The notes below the pieces were generated by a model. That model did not search any database. It had not been told where the DNA came from and was given only the letters and a program-made list of their open reading frames with translations. A stretch of 64,000 bases of DNA from the human T2T-CHM13v2.0 reference genome, Homo sapiens: the NCBI RefSeq assembly GCF_009914755.1, contig NC_060929.1; one strand, given 5' to 3'. The translations under genes were made by a program, and so were the position numbers. Shown here piece by piece: positions 46,758 to 64,000 of this stretch. How positions within the stretch are numbered: the stretch's first letter is position 1; each line of letters opens with the position of its first letter.

Positions 46758-48375
46758 CGTGATGGTTAATACTGAATGTCAATTTGATTGGATTGAAGGA
46801 TACAAAGTTTTAATCCTGGGTGTGTCTTCGTGGGTGTGGCCAAAGGAGATTAACATTTGAGTCAGTGGGCTGGGAAAGGCAGACCACCCTTAATCTGGGT
46901 GGGCACAATCTAATCAGCTGCCAGCTCAGCTAGAATATAAGCAGGCAGAAAAATGTGAAAAGCGAGACTGGCCTAGCCTCCCAGCCTATATCTTTCTACT
47001 GTGCTGGATGCTTCCTGCCCTCAAACATTTGACTCTAAATTCTTCAGCTTTGGAACACGGACTGGCTTTCCTTGCTCCTCAGCCTGCAGATGGCCTATTG
47101 TGAGACTTTATGATTGTGTGAGTTAATACTTAATAAACTCCCATATATATACACGGAATATATATACACGGAATATATACACGGAATATATATACACGGA
47201 ATATATACACGGAATATATATACACGGAATATATATACACGGAATATATACACGGAATATATACACGGAATATATATACACGGAATACATATACACGGAA
47301 TATATACACGGAATACATATACACGGAATATATACACGGAATAAATATACACGGAATATATACACGGAATACATATACACGGAATATATACACGGAATAA
47401 ATATACACGGAATATATACACGGAATACATATACACGGAATATATATACACGGAATACATATACGGAATATATATACGCGGAATACATATACGGAATATA
47501 TATATGCGGAATACATATACGGAATATATATATACGGAATATATATATACGGAATATATATACGGAATATATATACGGAATATATATACGGAATATATAT
47601 ACACGGAATATATATACACGGAATATATATACACGGAATATATATACACGGAATATATATGCACGGAATATATACACGGAATATATATACACGGAATATA
47701 TATACACGGAATATATACACGGAATATATATACACGGAATATATACACGGAATATATATACACGGAATATATATACGGAATATACATACACGGAATATAT
47801 ATACGGAATATACATACACGGAATATACATACACGGAATATACATACACGGAATATATATACACGGAATATATACACGGAATATATATACGGAATATATA
47901 CACACGGAATATATACATACGGAATATATACATACGGAATATATACATACAGAATATATACATACGGAATATATACATATGGAATATATATATGGAATAT
48001 ATATGGAATATATACATATGGAATATATATGGAATATATATGGAATATATATGTATATGGAATATGTATATGGAATATATATGTATATGGAATATATATG
48101 GAATATGTATATGGAATATATATGGAATATGTATATGGAATATATATGGAATATATATGGAATATATATGTATATGGAATATATATGGAATATATATATG
48201 GAATATATATGTATATGGAATATATATGGAATATATATGTATATGGAATGTATATGGAATATATATGGAATATATATATGGAATATATATGTATATGGAA
48301 TATATATATGGTGGAATATATATATATAGCCAATAGCCACTAGTTCTGTCCCTCTAGAGAACTCTGACAAATACA
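46758..48375 (+). mobile_element. MLT2A (ERVL) solo LTR with expanded internal repeat
   Basis: GTGATGGTTAATACTGAATGTCAA..TAGTTCTGTCCCTCTAGAGAAC. TSD AATGA/AATGG. Confidence 0.92.
47143..48328. repeat. Minisatellite (GGAATATATA[TA][CA]C)n grading into (GGAATATATAT)n
   Basis: Units of about 11-17 bp over ~1.19 kb, read directly. Confidence 0.98.
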
Positions 48376-49210
48376 AATGGCTATTAGCTAAAAGACAAAA
48401 AATAAATGCTGAGAAGGATGCATAGAAAAGGGAACGCTTAGACACTTTTGATAGGAATGTAAATTATTATAGACACTATGGAAAACAGGTGGCAGTTTCT
48501 CAAAATACTAAAAATAGAACTACCATACAATCTAGCAACCTAACTACTAGACATTTACTCAAAGGAAATGAAATTAGTATATCAAAGGGATATCTGCACC
48601 CCCATGTTTATTACAGTACTGGTCACAATAGCTATGCTATAGGATCAACCTAAATATCCATCAAAAGATGAACAGATAAAGAAAATAAGCTATATATTTA
48701 CAATGAAATACTAGCCATAAAAAAGAATAAACTACTGTAATTCAAAGCAACATGGATGAGCCTTGAGGGACATTACGTTACAGGAAATAAGTCAGAAACA
48801 GAAATATAAATACTGCATTTTCTCACTCATATGTGGGAATGTAAAAAATAACCTATGGAAGTAGAGCACGGAATTGTGGGTATTAGGGGCAGGCAAGGAT
48901 GGTGGGGAGCAGAAGATGAGATGAGGTTGGTTAATAGATAGAAAATTACAGCTAGACAGAAGGAATGAGTTATCATGTCCTGCAGCACTGTAGGTTGAAT
49001 ATGGTTAACCATAATTTATAATATATTTTCAAATGCTAGAAGAAAGGAATTGGAATGTTCACAACAAAAAGAAATTATATATTTTTGAGGTGATGGATAT
49101 GCTAATTAACCTGATTTGATGATCACACATTGGACACATGTATTGAAATGTTACTCTCTATCCCAAAAATATATACAGTTATTACATGTCAACTAAAAAT
49201 AAAAGGAAAA

Positions 49211-49912
49211 AAAAGCAAGAGTCCATTTGATGAATCTGAAGAAAATGGTAACTTGGTGTGGCCAAAGCTCTCTAGGTAAGGCCACCTATAAACGACTGGC
49301 AGAGGAGATGACAAATTTGTTAGTAGATTGGCTATTTGTTTTTTGAAAGCTTGCAAACAAATCGTACACAGTTGATTTAAGATGTCTAATTTTGGGAGTA
49401 GTATTTTAGTAATTAAACTGTGTGGAGATAGAGGAGCCTACAGGATGAACAAGCAAACCCCAAATAAGTAAATCTTGTTCTCACTTCCATCTAATGGACC
49501 CAAGCATTATGATTGGAATGGGAACAACTGGGTCTATTCCCACAACAACGGTGTACCTCTCCACAAACTGCTATCCCAGAGCTGACTAAAAATTCAAATT
49601 GGACGTATTTTCATTTGCCTATTCCAAAAAAGGCACTTTATGGTCAGCACATTTTTAGAGACATTAAAAGCTAAAGAGCCAAGACTGAAGCTTCATCCTG
49701 TTTCTGACTTACTGTCTGTTCTTTTCCAATCTGTTTTAGATGACAGTTACATTGTGTGTAACAGCACTGTGGGGAAAAAGTGTTGCCTCCCACCGCATCT
49801 CCATGTTCTGATTTTTAATTTCTTTGAAATTTTTTCTGGGTTTTATCCTTCTGATGATATACTTTTTCATTGAGAATGTTTACATACTTATACCTTAACA
49901 TAATAACTTTAC
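49211..49912 (+). pseudogene. FXN: Frataxin processed pseudogene, 3' part (mature domain plus 3' UTR)
   Basis: From 49391: [50 protein letters not shown] versus FXN [51 protein letters not shown] (34/51 identical to the recalled human sequence). Also TYKRLAEE and AYSKKGT. No introns; 3' UTR GACATTAAAAGCTA and GTTCTGATTTTTAATTTCT; stops and frameshifts. Confidence 0.95.
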
Positions 49913-50030
49913 AACAACTAAGAACTAAATTTAAGATTAAATTTATAATCCAAATTTAAAAATGAAATTTAATTTCACTCACCTTAAAATAATGACTATC
50001 CTTTATTTTGCCCTCACTGTACTAAGCCTA

Positions 50031-50705
<675 letters not shown>

Positions 50706-51039
50706 GCCTGTTTTACCATAATTGACTCATTTTCATCTTTACTGACCTGAATTTTACATATGGAGAAACCAAATCTTAGGAACATTAAAACAACTCACCC
50801 ACAAGTTGTTCTCATCTTCTGTTTGTATTAGATTTATTAGTGACAAGTCCATGTGAATATGTAGCAAAAGCTTTTGCAGAGGGTAAACAAACACCACATT
50901 CCATTATAGAAAAAAAAACAAAAACTTTTAACAACAACAAAAAAATGAGAAATTCAGAATAGGAATTTACAATATTTCCCTTTAAGAAATAAAGGACATT
51001 TGAGTCCAATGAAAATTTTAAATTATGATAGTTCAGTGC

Positions 51040-51660
51040 CACAGAAGAAATAAATAAATCATGCTTATTTGAAAGAAAAAGAATATAGAAGGCCTACAAA
51101 AAGTCTTTTTTGAAAATGGGTAAAATGCATAATCATCTATTTTGAAGAAGAAAAAACACATGCTCAACAAACATAGAAACAGGTGTGCAACCTTAATAGA
51201 AGTCAGGGAAATGCAAATAGAAGCCACAATGTGATACCCATTAAAATAGTATTGAGAAATATGAACAATAATTAAGTTTCAAAAAAAAAGATGTGGTGTA
51301 ACAGTCTTTATACAACTATTGAAATATAAATTAATACAAATTTTTTGGAAAGTAGTTTGATCTTCTTTGTAAAACTCAATATTCGCATATTCTATGATTC
51401 AGTCATTCCAGTTTTAGATATATATCCAAAATAAAATTGCATGTATATATTCCAGGAGACATAGAGAAGAATGTTCAATGCAACACCATTTGTAAGAGAA
51501 AAATCTAGAAATAACCAAAGTGCCTATCAATAGAAGAATAGATAAGTAAATTATAATATATTCACACCCTGGAATACTATGCAACAGTAAAAAATACTAA
51601 CTCTGCATGTACAATATGAATAAATCTTAAAAATTTTTACATAGTACCATATTTTCTGAT
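51040..51660 (+). mobile_element. L1ME-type 3' fragment
   Basis: AGTCAGGGAAATGCAAAT and GGAATACTATGCAACAG motifs. Confidence 0.7.
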
Positions 51661-52181
51661 TTTTTGGAATAATAAATATGAAATTTAAAGTTATTTAATA
51701 TTTTGGACATCTGGTGTTTGTATGTATTTGCTCTTTTACTTGACAAAAACAGAAAACGACATGTAATATTTGGTTATTACACATTTGCCCGGCTGGTAAA
51801 CGTAGGATGTAGCAAAACATAGACTTCTTAGGGAAGCAAAAGATACCAAAGTAATACAACCGCCATAAAATAAACCACATCCTTCACTTGAGGAGTAAGT
51901 CTCCATCAGAAAATAAGTATTTTTTAGAAGACTAATGCCTTGTTCTGTCTGCAGTCTACTAAATTTTATGTTCCCATAAGGGTGCTATTTTAGCAAATAA
52001 TTGTGAATCAAATTAGCACGTCATGGCTTTTATGAAAAAAATCTGGTCAACAGAATTATAAATCCCTAAGTAAGATCATCAGAATATTTTTCCATTTCAA
52101 TTATCTTTTTACTTTTAATGCATTGTAAATGTGAATAGAGAAAATTAAAATATCCTTTCTTGAACTAAAAATGTCCTATCA

Positions 52182-52362
52182 TAGTGGTTCTCAAACTTTA
52201 GTGTGCATCAGAACCACCTGTTAAAAAAGCAAATTACACAACCCCAAACCCAGAGTTTCTGATTCAGGAGGTCTGGTATGGAGTCTACAAATTTGCATTT
52301 CTAACAAATTTCCAGGCAATGCTGATGCTGTTGGTCTAAAGACCACAGTTTAAGAATCAATG
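52182..52362. mobile_element. MER5A MITE
   Basis: AGTGGTTCTCAAACTTTAGTGTGCATCAGAACCACCTG..ATTTGCATTTCTAACAA. Confidence 0.9.
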
Positions 52363-53959
52363 CCCATCAGTTTTTGCATTCCCATACCACCATGGAGAGG
52401 ACATGTTTGACTGAAAGTCTTGTAACCAGGGTTCTGCTCGCTGGCTGTGCTCAGGTGATCATGTCCACAGTTTCATCATCTATATAAACAAGGGGTTGAG
52501 TCCAATTGTCTCTAAGCTCGTTTCAATTCTAAAATTTTACGAGCCATTTCTCTTTCAAGATTCAGTCCCAAAGTCCGTGAATTTGCTTATCTCTTGATAT
52601 TAGTTGACATATCATTTGCCAATACAAGTTCATAGAAATTTCATCAACATCTAATAGACTTGTGAAAATCAATATCCAGGAGAAAATGTTATATCAAAAA
52701 TGTCTTTATTGTTTTTCTATAAATTCTTGATCAAAAGAAGTGTTACATATTTGCAAAAATATACTTCAGGTACTTATCAAAGTCCAATTGCAAAATTTTA
52801 GGGAGCTAGTCAATGCATTATTTATGATGTCAGAGTTCACCCTGTCTAAAAATGTGTTAAGTAACTTTACCTTGATTCTGACAGAAATTATCAACATGGA
52901 ATTTCCTCCTAGATATTGACACGAGTAATAATGAACCCAGGTTCAAGAAGTTTTCTAGACCTCAGAGATGAGCAGCTGACTTGCAAAGGCAAGATAAGGT
53001 GCTATTTAGCTCTTCTAATGAACACAAGAGTGTATATAACCTGAAGACTGCAATCTAGGGTCACCTTTTGTATCCTGACTCCTCCCCACTCTCCACTCAC
53101 CACACGCCATCCCCCCCGCCCCCCACACCTCATTTGTGTCCATTAGTATAAATGAATCTGAAGGCATGGGTGTCTTCCATGTGGGATAAAGTCACTCTGG
53201 AGAAAAGAAAATGTACAATTAAACTAATACACATAGGATGTTTTTGCAAACAGTTTATAGTCTCTAGTAAATACGCTCCCTAAGAGTCTATTAACATCTT
53301 TATATTTATAGACATTATCAAGAGAAGATAAATTGTTGGGCCTCCACAGAGATGTGATAAATGGTAGCATAGGCAACGATGAGAATGCAAGCCAGAATTT
53401 TGCTATTTATTTCAGGCTTTACTGCTTAGAAGTTCCAGCCTGCAATATTATTAATATCCTTTGGTGATTAAAAGGGTCTCCAGGGGACTAAAGATGATTT
53501 GAAGCAAGAGAGTTCAGAATACTGATTCTTCTTTAACCATATTTCTTGTTCCCTCCTTATTTTTGGTAATAGGTTTGATAAACTCATAGCAGAATGTTAA
53601 CATGAAACATTGTCTATGATTCTGATGCTTCTTATAGATACAATTCCAAAATAACTAGGATAGAAAATATTTTGTCCAATTGGTGGTAATTCTATCCACA
53701 TGAGCAGTGAAAAATAATTTTAAATGAAGAATAGGTTTAATATCTGTATGTATGATTTATAAAGCCTCAAATTATTTTTTCTCCAGATGGGTAGTCTACT
53801 GATTATTGTTTATATTTGCTTTCCATTTTAGACCTGATTTAACTCAGCACCCTAGAAAAAGGAAAAACATTTTTCTGGCTTCTGGCATTATCCATGAAAT
53901 TAAGAAGTTGGAAATGTATTTCCCCGTGCATTTTATCCAAGATCAGTTTAGATCAGAGG

Positions 53960-54068
53960 GGTGTGTGCTCGAGTATACGTGTGTTTGTGTGTGAGTGTAT
54001 GTGTGTGTGTCTTTGCAGAGGGGTATGTGTGAGCATGTGTGTGTGTGTGTGTGTGTGTATGTGTGTCT
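53960..54068. repeat. Degenerate (TG)n tract
   Basis: Read directly. Confidence 0.9.
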
Positions 54069-54572
54069 TTGCAGGAGGACTGACCTTCCCCTGATGTAGA
54101 TCAAACCACCACTGAGGAAGCATCTGTAGCCTTCTGTAGCTCATGAAGGATACCAGCTACTGTTGATCAGTAATGAATATGACTCAAAAGGAATTTAGTG
54201 TATATGGCAAGTGTCACACTAACGACCATGAAAACAAAATTATTTCATGTCTATTATGCAAACAGAGTGTCCTATCTTACCCAAATAAGTATGAGGAAGA
54301 GAAGAAAATCTGCAAAAATGAAGGTTCCAATGATCACTTGTTTCCAATAATGTGTTTTATATTTGTTATATTCATTGATCATGTACTTGAATGGGACACA
54401 CATGAATTTTATCAACTGGCATGCACTACTGAGCTTGTAAACCTGCACTGCAGTATTAGGTAATTTTATCACAGGTCCCTGATGCACATGCAGAAATACA
54501 TGGAAATCTAGGTACAAGATTAAGTTGGGCAATACCCTATAGAAAATAATTAAAAGCTTGAGCAAGATTTTA

Positions 54573-54730
54573 TTTACTTTTTAAATTTTTAATTTCTAAT
54601 TTTTATGGATATTTAACAGTTGAACATATTTACAGGGTACATCTGATATTTTGATATAAGCATACAATGGGGAATGATCAAATTAGCATAATTGGGTTAT
54701 TCATCATCTCAAGCATTTATCATTACTTTG
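54573..54730 (-). mobile_element. Short L1MA 3' end
   Basis: 15-bp TSD TTGAGCAAG(A/G)TTTTA (54558-54572, 54731-54745). Confidence 0.85.
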
Positions 54731-54929
54731 TTGAGCAAGGTTTTAAAAGAGGTAGTCTTGCCAGTGCAAACACAGACCTACCACATACACATGCATCTGT
54801 GGATACTGATTACTTGTACTCAGTACTTTTAAAATATCAATTTCTTGGGTCTGTACTTAGGAACACTTGCCATGGCCTGAAGAAAACACCAACAAGAAAA
54901 ATCTCTCTCCTGTAGAACTATGGTGCAGT

Positions 54930-55100
54930 TAATTTCCACTCATATTTTGTGAGGTAAGCTGTACAGATATCATTTGCCAAGTCTTATGGTTGTTTAAGAA
55001 TTTGAGTTTCAAAGATTTACATAACTTGCTCAAGGTAATGAAACAGGTGTTAAGACCCAAAAAGCAGTTTTCTGACTCTAATTCCACATTCATTTTTCAG
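54930..55100 (-). mobile_element. MIR SINE
   Basis: ATAACTTGCTCAAGGT..TCTGACTCTAA core. Confidence 0.55.
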
Positions 55101-57825
55101 TCTACCTATCAGAACTCTGACATACATCCCATCAATTTATAGCACTCTTTTCCAGTTATATCATCATCATCAATCAGAGTGCCCTAGCACTTTCTTCACT
55201 GACATCATTGTGACTTGTGAGAAGACTCCATACAAGAGTTTTCCTATTATTTGCCTTTGGTTTACTTTCTATCACCACCACTAATTACATAAAGATATGT
55301 TCTTTTAATTTACAAAACTTGATTCACAAGATTTTCTCACTTAATTATCCAGAAAGATAATTTTTACTTTGTGTATGGCATTCCAGCTTTACAAAAAACT
55401 TAAATTTAATTTTTATTAGATTATGAGTAAATATCATGAAACTGGCTATATATAACTGAATTACTTATAATTACTTACTATCACAGTTTGTAAAGCTTTC
55501 AACATTTCCTTCAAAGCACTCCTTAACAGTCATGTCTTTCTCATTTTGTAAAATCCTTCTTTTGGTTCTAACGTCTGGAATTCCAACCCTTTTTATTATC
55601 CTATACATGCACTGCAAAGTGCTGATGTGTTATATGAGAGCTATCTAAAATCTCAGGCTCTTACAATATTAGCAAATTTGGGTTTGGACCCTAGATCACC
55701 ACCATCTGGATCTGAAATATTGTTTAAGCGCTTGCTTTAAAGCAATTTTAAATCATTAATTTTAAAAATAGTTAATAAACTTCCATTTTTTTCACATACA
55801 TGTTTGAATCACTCTTAATTTACATACCTGTTTTGAACACAAGATGATAATGTTTGTTTTCGTGACCACTGGGCTGCCATTTTGATATAGAACCATATAC
55901 TACTAGGGTGAAGAGCATTTCAAAATTACTACTCCATTTTTGCACTTTATGATGAGTCATTAAAGCCAGATGATAATTTCATTTAAAATGGATTCCAGAA
56001 AACTGCCATTCAAATTCCACTTCAGTCAAAGCTACACTGTTAGTAGTTGAACAGAAGAGATTAAAAAAAAAAAGAAGAAGAAAAGAAATAGAAACATCTC
56101 ACTTTACAGATTTCACTTTGGAAAAGTAGAACACCTCACTCAACTCTTTCTATACCCAGGGACTAGCACTTCCTGCTGAGTCACTTCTCCTCCATCTATG
56201 GAAACACAAGCAGCACCACAGGCATTTGTCAATCAAGAGCTAATCTGATCTGACATGGCTCAGCCATTGAGACCTGAGATTCTCTAAAGGGGAAGAAAGG
56301 TGACAGTTGTGAATAAATATAGAATCATTTCAGGCATGTAAGCCTTCTCAGGAGCCTCATCTTTCATGGTGAATGGGCAGCACTGATGTCATTACTTTTT
56401 AATTACTCCCTGGGTAGACAGGTGTCACCTGTCAGCCTGGAATATCTCTGGAGATTACACACTTCATGGGCTCTCTCCTGACAGTCTCATCTTGCAGAAG
56501 TATTCTTGTACTTTAATAGATTCTTAATATTTCAACTACATTCTCTTTACTTCACCTTAAACTAATTACTTATTTCTATTTAGTACTTGTGCTGTTAAAC
56601 TCATTCCCTATGTGCTTGCCTTCTGTCACTCCCTTCTCTGTAAAGGTTTTTCATTTCAGATTGCCATCTGCGTGTGTGATTTTTACAATGGCCCATATAC
56701 TCGCTGATAACATGCTGGTTATAGATTATTCGGACCTATATAAGACTCAGAGTTAACATAATCTATGAAAATTATGATTTAGAAAAGATAAAATTTTCCT
56801 GTCCATAATATGAAGGAAATATTACAAGTAATAGATAATATCTGCACTCAGTTTCATACTGAAGTTTGGGGACAGAAATCCAAGAAATCAGCAATGAACC
56901 AATGTTATAATGACCAGCATTGAATAATATCTCAATTATTTCTTTTTTCAAAGTCTAACATCCTAAGTTTCAAGTGTCAATTGGATTCCATTTAATGGGG
57001 ACATACAAAGGACACATATTTATATTCACTATTTTCTTCTGATTATGTAAATGTTACTAAAAACATAATCATACAACCAAAAGGGAAGAGAAAAGCACCA
57101 CTAAATAACTGATATCAATGATACCTATACAACACAGTGGAAGAGGCCACCACATAGAATGTTCTTGGAAGGGGCTTCAGACTAAAAGGAAACAATCTGT
57201 TTGGCAGAATTCTGAAGAGGGTTCAATAAGAGAAGCAAGTATTATGATTGTTAGAAATAAGTGTGGTTGAAGATGAAGGTATTATTGTCTTAAATCTATA
57301 TACATAAAAATCATAGAAATCCCTCCCCATAGATATGACTACTTCTCCAAAGAAATGCACAATGTGTTTACCATCTAGAGCCTTACTACCTAACCAATTT
57401 TTTAAAAAGCCAAAAAGCAGCTTCTTCTCAGTTAACACTAAATAGACTATCTGAAGATAGTTACAGAAATGTGACTGTTATTAACCAAGAGCAAAACCTT
57501 CCTCTTTCTAAGTACCCAATCAGTCAACATCTGATTTGTTCTCCAATATGATTGGAAAATTATTAATTACCAGATATTAGAGGAGAGCCTGTAGTTAAAA
57601 AAAAGAAATGCCATGATAGACACAAAACATCTGGCTTCAGAGGAAGCAGAAATGTTTCAAGGAACAGAAAATAATTTTAAATATATTTAATTATTACCCT
57701 CAGAAAGATTCAAGGAAATATTGTATCTATAAAAATACCAAGATTTTTTTAAAAGAAACACCTTAGAAAAATAAGGAATTTTTCAAAATATAATACATGG
57801 TAATAAAATTAAAAATGCATCAACA

Positions 57826-58119
57826 GGCCAGGCATGGTGGCTCACGCCTGTAATCCCAGCACTTTGGGAGGCCGAGGTGGGTGGATCATGAGGTCAGGAG
57901 TTTGAGACCAGCCTAGCTAACATGGTGAAACTCCGTCTCTACTAAAAAAATACAAAAAAAAAATTAGCCAGGCGTGGTGGCGGGCGCCTGTAGTCCTAGC
58001 TACTTGGGAGGCTCAGGGAGGAGAATGGTGTGAACCTGGGAGGAGGAGCTTGCAGTGAGCTGAGATCATGCCACTGCATTCCAGCCTGGACGACAGAGCA
58101 AGACTCTGTCTCAAAAAAA
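57826..58119 (+). mobile_element. Alu (Y-like right arm) within an old L1/HAL1 ORF1 remnant (57520-58260)
   Basis: TSD AAAAATG(C/T)ATCAA(C/T)A (57811-57825, 58120-58134). Confidence 0.93.
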
Positions 58120-58554
58120 AAAAATGTATCAATAGAAGTATGGAAAGTAAACTCAAGGAAATATGGTAGAACAAAAGACAAAAAGAATAAGAAAGAAAAT
58201 GCAATATACAAGGTAAACATTTTGTTTTCAATCTAGGAGATGCAATTTTATATTATGTAATTTCTCCAGAAAGGGTTAAAAACAAAACTGACTGGATAAA
58301 ACTGGGAAATATATGCTTTTTAAGAGTTAAATTGAATCACCACATCTTCAAGGTAGTTAAAGCAATTATTCAAACTTTCTACATCTTTACTGATTTTTCC
58401 TTGTTCTATCAATGACTAAGAACATTAGAATCTCCTGCTATGATTATTGATTAGTCTATTTCTCCTTGCAGGTGTGTAATTCTAGACTAATTAATTTGGT
58501 ATATGCAAACATATTTTTATATCTTCTTAAAGAAATAAAACGTTGTATAAAGAA

Positions 58555-58810
58555 TCAACTTTTTAGGAGCCCAGATAGCCAAAGCAATCCTAAGCAAAAA
58601 GAAAAATTTATAGGCATCACATTTTCCAACTTCAACTTATGCTAACAAGGCTATTGTAACCAAAACAGCATGGTACTAGTATAAAAGTAGATAAATCGCC
58701 CAATGGAACAGAATAGAGAACCCAGAAACAGGCCAAATAATTAAAACCAATTGATCTTTGAAAAAGCATGCAAAAACATAAACTTGGGAAATGATACCCT
58801 ATTCAATAAC
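58555..58810 (+). mobile_element. L1PB/L1MA ORF2 fragment
   Basis: ATAGCCAAAGCAATCCTAAGCAAAAAG..CAGAATAGAGAACCCAGAAA. Confidence 0.8.

Positions 58811-64000
<5,190 letters not shown>

Noticed and set aside
47143-48328. CRISPR-like regular repeat
   Set aside because: No unique spacers, no cas genes, and a primate context.
47095-48445. Long ORFs of 225-440 aa on both strands (YIPC/IYTE repeats)
   Set aside because: Artefacts of a stop-free minisatellite; no protein-like complexity.
54173-54565. 96-97 aa ORFs on both strands in unique DNA
   Set aside because: No recognisable homology or splice structure; the length is attainable by chance.

Overview
AT-rich, CpG-poor primate (human-like) genomic DNA made mostly of nested retroelements: L1PA/L1MA/L1MC/L1ME, Alu, MER66/MER50/MST/MLT LTRs, L2, MIR and DNA-transposon MITEs. 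I see no intact protein-coding gene, tRNA, rRNA or CRISPR array. The long ORFs are L1 ORF1/ORF2 remnants or artefacts of a 1.2-kb minisatellite. The main hidden feature, not shown in the ORF track, is an old intronless frataxin (FXN) retrocopy. It is split into 39893-40087 and 49211-49912 by a 9.1-kb L1MA insertion whose target-site duplication (TSD) is FXN coding sequence. That L1MA in turn hosts an Alu, a 1.66-kb internally deleted L1PA7, an MST LTR, and an MLT2A LTR carrying the minisatellite. Other structural oddities: a two-LTR MER66C mini-provirus with only 176 bp inside, a young L1 with a ~14-nt twin-priming inversion inside an Alu linker, a probable ancient 5'-inverted L1MC between 39-bp direct repeats, and strong plus-strand L1 bias. 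Repeat subfamily names and the FXN comparison rest on recalled consensus and reference sequences, not on searches. Boundaries of old elements are approximate. I found no convincing evidence for a new multi-gene biological system.
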